Under the pieces are notes generated by a model. That model worked only from the letters and a program-made list of their open reading frames with translations. It was not told the DNA's origin and did not search any database. From contig OZ249444.1 in assembly GCA_965235115.1 (NCBI GenBank), positions 12,400,001 to 12,464,000 on the forward strand: 64,000 bases of DNA, given 5' to 3'. The translations under genes and the position numbers were made by a program. The stretch is from Laetmonice hystrix (Eukaryota). Below are positions 58,948 through 64,000 of the stretch, in pieces (position 1 is the first letter of the stretch; the number at the start of each line of letters is the position of its first letter).

Positions 58948-60703
58948 TTAGCCCCCAAACCCATCGGGTTTTGGGGGCTTATGATTCACCCTCTGTCCGT
59001 CCGTCCGTCCGTCCGTCCGTCCGTACGTCCGTCCGTCCGTCCGTCCGTCCGTGAACAGCGATATCTCAGAAACGTGCGGAACAATCATTTTCATATTTAA
59101 ACACAAGATCAGGTACCATCCTGGCATGATGCACGTCAAAGGATTTTTTGATACGATCCAAGATGGCCGCCTGGCAGCCATATTGGTGAAATACACATTT
59201 ACAGCGATATCTCTGTTAAAAGAATACCATTTTCATTCAAACTTGGCACAACGATAGGGGTTCATGGGACAAACATACACGTCATTTTGTTTTCAGTTCG
59301 GATCCAATATGGCCGATCGGCAGCCATGTTTGTGTTGTTGGCAATGTCATTAGACTTTAGTGGCGTATAACTTGACAATGGGGCGAGGTGTGGGTAAAGT
59401 TACTATGGGGAGCGAATAGGAAGTCATATATGAGGAATCTTTTGACACCATTATATTTGACCTTGGGTTGACATTTCAAGGTCATTTGAGGTCAGGTGTT
59501 TATTAAGGATCACTATGTCAGAAATGGTGTTCTTCAAGTCCTTTAGTGCTACGATGCATTATGCAAAGAGAGGCTTATATTACAATTCACCATGATCAAG
59601 ATTTTGAAGAGTGCGTCCAAGATGGCCGCTCGACAGCCCTATTGGCAAAATAGACATATACCGGCATATCTCTGTTAAAAGAATACCATTTTCATTCAAA
59701 CTTGGCACAACGATAGGGGTTCATGGGGCAAACATACACGTCATTTTGTTTTCAGTTTGGATCCAATATGGCCGATCGGCAGCCATGTTTGTGTTGTTGG
59801 CAATGTCATTAGACTTTAGTGGCGTATAACTTGACAATGGGGCGAGGTGTGGGTAAAGTTACTATGGGGAGCGAATAGAAGTCATATATGAGGAATCTTT
59901 TGACACCATTATATTTGACCTTGGGTTGACATTTCAAGGTCATTTGAGGTCAGGTGTTATTTATAGATTAGGAAGTCATATAATTATGAAGTTTCATTTG
60001 GCGCCATTTTCCATGACCGTGAGCGACCTTGAAAGGTCAATCAAGGTCATGCATTTTTTCAATAGCCTGGATCTTCAAAACAGTTATGCAGGTCAATGAT
60101 ATTTTTGACATCAGTCAAAATGGCCGTGTGGTTGCCATCTTGGATATAAACACATTTGGAGCAATACCTCAGACAAAACGATCCTGATGTCTTGTAAATT
60201 TGTTGGAAAGAAGGTGCATGAGGGGCAATGTGTGTGCCAATACATTGCCAGATCAGAGCAAATATGGCGACATGGCGGCCATATTAATATCCCCCCCCCC
60301 AATAACACTGTTTTGGCTCATATCTCGAAAACGGTGCAATATAAGGCAATAGTTACTATTATTGACAGATAGGAAGTCATATATATGAAGTTTGATTTGG
60401 CGCCATTTTCCATGACCTTGAGCGACCTTGAAAGGTCATGCATATTTTAATGGCCTGTACCTCCAAACCAGTTGAAGATAACAGCATCTAATCTTGCGTG
60501 AAACATTACATAATAACCAGGGACAGTCTATAGGGAGGACACAGGTCAAACATATCATTAAAAATGGCTGCTTCGTGGCCATCTTGGATATAAAGAAATT
60601 CGAAGCAATAACTCTGACATTTTCTGGATTTCGTTCTTGCTGACAGAAAGCATGAGGGGTAACAAGCGTGCCAAAAGTACACATAGTTCCTGGACCCACA
60701 GAA
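58948..60703 (+). mobile_element. HINE copy 2, 3'-truncated, one core unit shorter than copy 1
   Basis: Colinear with 35254-37473 and has 2 core units. Similarity stops at ...GGACCCACAGAA before the 3' subTIR and hairpin. Confidence 0.85.
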
Positions 60704-61459
60704 CATTTTTTTTTAGGAAATTAAAGTTCAAATTTCTATTACAGTTCTGGATAAACTGCTCCTGCCTGTTGAAGCTTTATTGTTCTGGTTTGAGTGCTTC
60801 ATTAACGGGACCGTTTGATATTGGAGACCGGTTCTGGTGAAGTCGTAAACATGGGAGCTGCTACCCGAAGGGGCACAGTCTGGTTTTACGACAGCCGGAG
60901 GGGGGGGGGGGGGGCGCCCCGAGGAGTGGCCGAGGTCTGTTTTTTACGGGGGCCGGAGGGGGCGGGGGGGGGGGGGGTCCTCCCTGTCTGAGGAAAACAG
61001 AATCTGGTCTCGACCATCAGGACATTGGTACTCTATGGGCCGCCGAAACGCGAATGTGCATGCAGGGAGTGGATCCTTTCATAGCCGTGTGTCCCCTGAA
61101 GTAATTAAAGTCAGGATAAAGCCGCTGTGTACATAGAGGGGAATCGTGGGGCCTTTATAGTCTTTAATGTTCAGATGGCATGACAGAGTGCGAGTATCTG
61201 TGAGTTGGGGGCAGCTGCATCTCCTGATGTCATGGTTGTCATCAGTTAGAATAGAGATTCAGACTCGGGCGGATTGCCATCAATCTAGGTTGTTTTCTTA
61301 ACGGAAACCTTGGGGCTAGTTTTGTTTAATGAAGCTGGGAAAGCAAACGTGGCATTTTGGTATGAGCTAGAACTTTGTGATGGATTGGGTATTAGCGCAT
61401 TTGGAGTCCCACATAGCTCAGTGGCTATATGGAAGCTTCGTGTTTTACTCGCCTTGGGA

Positions 61460-61860
61460 AGTTGTGGGAAGAGCTCTGATTGCTGGTTGTGGGGAGAGCT
61501 GTGATTGTTGGTTATGGGAAGATTTGTGATTGTTGCTTGTGGGAAGAGCTCTGGGTTTTTGGCTGTGGGGAGAGCTATGCCTTATGAGCTTTGAGAATAC
61601 TGACACCTTGTTGGCTGTGGAAAGACTCCAGCCTTGTGGCTGAGGGAGGATCTCTTCCTGGCTGTGGGAAGACGTCTGGCGTTTTGTTTGTGGGAAGCCC
61701 TATGCCTTTTTGGCAAAACCATTGAAAAACCTCTGTGGCTTTCGGAACATCCTTGTCTTGTTGGCTTTCGGAAGACTTTTGCCTTGTGGCCATGGGAGGA
61801 CCTCCTTCTTGATGGCTGTGGGAAGACATCTGCCTTGTTGGCTGCGGAAAGATTTATACC
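61460..61860 (+). repeat. Degenerate dispersed repeat of (GGC)TGTGGGAAGA
   Basis: Perfect TGTGGGAA at 61463, 61538, 61663, 61689 and 61817, plus about 6 variants. Confidence 0.7.
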
Positions 61861-64000
61861 TTGTTGGCTGTTTGAAGTCAGACCTCTATTGCTGGTTCTG
61901 AGAAGCCCGTCGTATTGCGTGCCATGAGAATGGCCAGATCTAGCAGGCCATGGTAAAGTTCGGTATTGCGGGCCATTGGAAGGCTCTGTGTGCTAGTGGA
62001 TCCCTCCCCGCGAGGACAGAGCGTGGACGTTAGATTGCATTCTGACGGTGCCGCCACATCGCTCATTGATTTTGTTAAGACAAAAAGTGCTAGAAATAAG
62101 GATTAATTTGTTTTTGTCCAGCAGGCAAGAGTGTTTCACATTTGTCCACAAAGTGACGTTCTTATCCTGAAAGCCTGAAGGGTTTGTGAAATAAAAATAT
62201 GATTTGACTGAAAGGCAATTTCCATATCATTTCCCTAAAGATGATATATGAATACATGTACGTACTTTGGGAGATGAGATGACTATTTCCCACCACCACC
62301 ACCACCCAAATAAATAAATAAAAAAAATAAATGAAATGAGAAAAAAAATTGTGATGTAGCACAGACTTTAGCCTATTCACACTATAACTTCATGTGGACA
62401 AACAGTAAATCAGACTGGCCGTTAGCCGTAGGAGGTAAATTCTGATGGACCAGGGTTGAATCTCTCGCAAGTACACACATGAATGGTTGCTTACGGCATA
62501 GAGCGAGTCTCCAGGCAAACGAAGTGTGCCGTAAAAACGTGGCTCAAAGCAACTGTAAAGGGATCCATCTCGTGCCGGGCTGCGAAAGAAATTGTTGGAG
62601 CAGTCAATGGACAGAGCCAGGGCGTGATACTGATTTACTGCACCATGTGTACATGGCCGTACCACCAGTCTTTATGGTGATGGATCGAGTTGGAAACTGA
62701 AATGTACAACTGGTCGTTGGCCAAAAATAAATTGAAAATTTCCGATTTTGACCGCAAATTTCGCCAGGAAATATACCCAGAGTGACGTACACGTAATTAG
62801 TAGCTTAATTATTCTGTAATTATATAAGGCCTCAGGACAATTGGAAGATTCACACTTTCAAATGGCTTTTGAATCGTTTGTTAGGCATTCTATAGTTAAA
62901 AGCAAAACTTAAAAAAAATTGGGCAAAACCCGTTGTCTTAATTGGCCGAGATATGACATAACTTCCAAAGGGGTCACTTGGGGCCACGCCCCCCCCCTAC
63001 AATGCTTAATTACTGAATTCCGAAATTCACTTTGCCTGTGGCTTGATTACAGGCCAATCAACGCTCTTTTCAGGGTAGGAATATTTATTTCGCGCGTCGT
63101 TATGCTATCAAATAAGAAATACCCAAAATCGAAAAATTGTGCCCCTAAAAATAATGTCGATTTTAAAATTTGTGCTAGTTTACCTTCACTATAAAAAGGT
63201 AATGATCAGGATGCTTTATGGCCCTGATTATCTGTAGAAACCTTGATTTCTGGGAGGATCTTAAACACTCAACTGGCCAGGAAGTTATTTTAAAATCTGA
63301 AGAGGTGAAAAGTACATGCAGGAAGAAGAGCGGGCGATTGGTTAAAATGTAGTTTAATGTGACGATCACGACTTAATGAGTCCTGGGTGGATAGAGGGCG
63401 CCACTGGATCCCCGGGTGGGTCCTTGAGATGTCCTGCTGATAATCTGGTATTGAAAGGGGAAGAAAACGGTTTGAATGGAAGAAAAGCTTGGCTGGGGAG
63501 GGGGAGTAGCAGGACTGGGACGCGCGGATGGCCGGTTAGTTGGTGGGGGGGGGGGGGGGGTCAGGAGGCAGTGAAGGTTGAAGATTACGAAGGGACACAC
63601 CACAAGGGTAAGGTTGTAATGATGCACGTCTTCTCACGATCATTGACTCCGTGGCCAGCGTTCATCGTACTTTCAACTGCTGGGCTGTCTGGTGAAATAA
63701 AAGTACTCACAAAACACAGATATTTTTTGCAAGCAATTAGTGAGAATGATCTGTTCTCCATAACACAGATGACGTTTTACTAGGGCTGCTTGGAAGCGAT
63801 AGGAAAGGAAAACTGAAATTAATATTTTATGTACCGTACCTTTTATAAGGTGTCCATTATATTTAAGTTCGGGTTGTCTACTTCAAATAATAAATCAGAA
63901 GCAAGACACCTGACGTCGTTATTCATTGTCCTCACCCAGGTGAACAATACTAGAGTTTATTTCTGACAATATTTGTAGGGGCTGAATCAGAGTTTACCAA

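Noticed and set aside
63295-63308. ATCTGAAGAGG (DLKR) as CASK exon 3
   Set aside because: It is followed immediately by TGA and has no upstream AG acceptor.
1-64000. tRNA, rRNA or SINE genes
   Set aside because: No complete cloverleaf, A/B-box pair or rRNA-like segment was seen by eye. tRNAscan-SE/Infernal would be needed to exclude them.

Overview
This is animal (bilaterian invertebrate) nuclear DNA, not prokaryotic; the taxon cannot be fixed from the sequence. Two protein-coding genes can be assembled by hand, both on the + strand, and the ORF track shows neither as a whole. (1) A complete 7-coding-exon gene (1479-6236, 281 aa) encodes a secreted, stand-alone bacterial-type solute-binding protein of the family 3 / periplasmic binding protein II fold (HisJ/LAO/ArtJ-like). 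All its introns are GT-AG and phase-compatible. (2) The first two coding exons of CASK (11663-11721 and 42918-43030) are separated by a 31.2-kb intron 1; intron 2 runs off the window. The rest is repeat-rich intronic and intergenic DNA: a Tc1/mariner relic, a 5'-truncated CR1/L2-type LINE, several MITEs (hAT, Tc1/pogo, Kolobok-like, Harbinger-like), and two Helentron-associated (HINE/DINE-1/pearl-type) elements. It also holds two copies of an unclassified element with a strand-specific G.A-mismatch hairpin, a CGTACGTACG foldback element, five or more minisatellites, and a young non-autonomous LTR retroelement (45925-50990) with an in-frame Gag/Pol-tail fusion ORF and a decayed env-like frame. 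Most notable: the intron-bearing SBP gene; paralogue evidence that the over-represented palindrome TAGGCCTA arises by GGCC+TA gain at TA sites (footprint-like); the G.A hairpin element; the LTR element; and RFX X-box, CTCF-like and CSL-like motifs in the CASK introns. All calls were made by eye; no database search was run.
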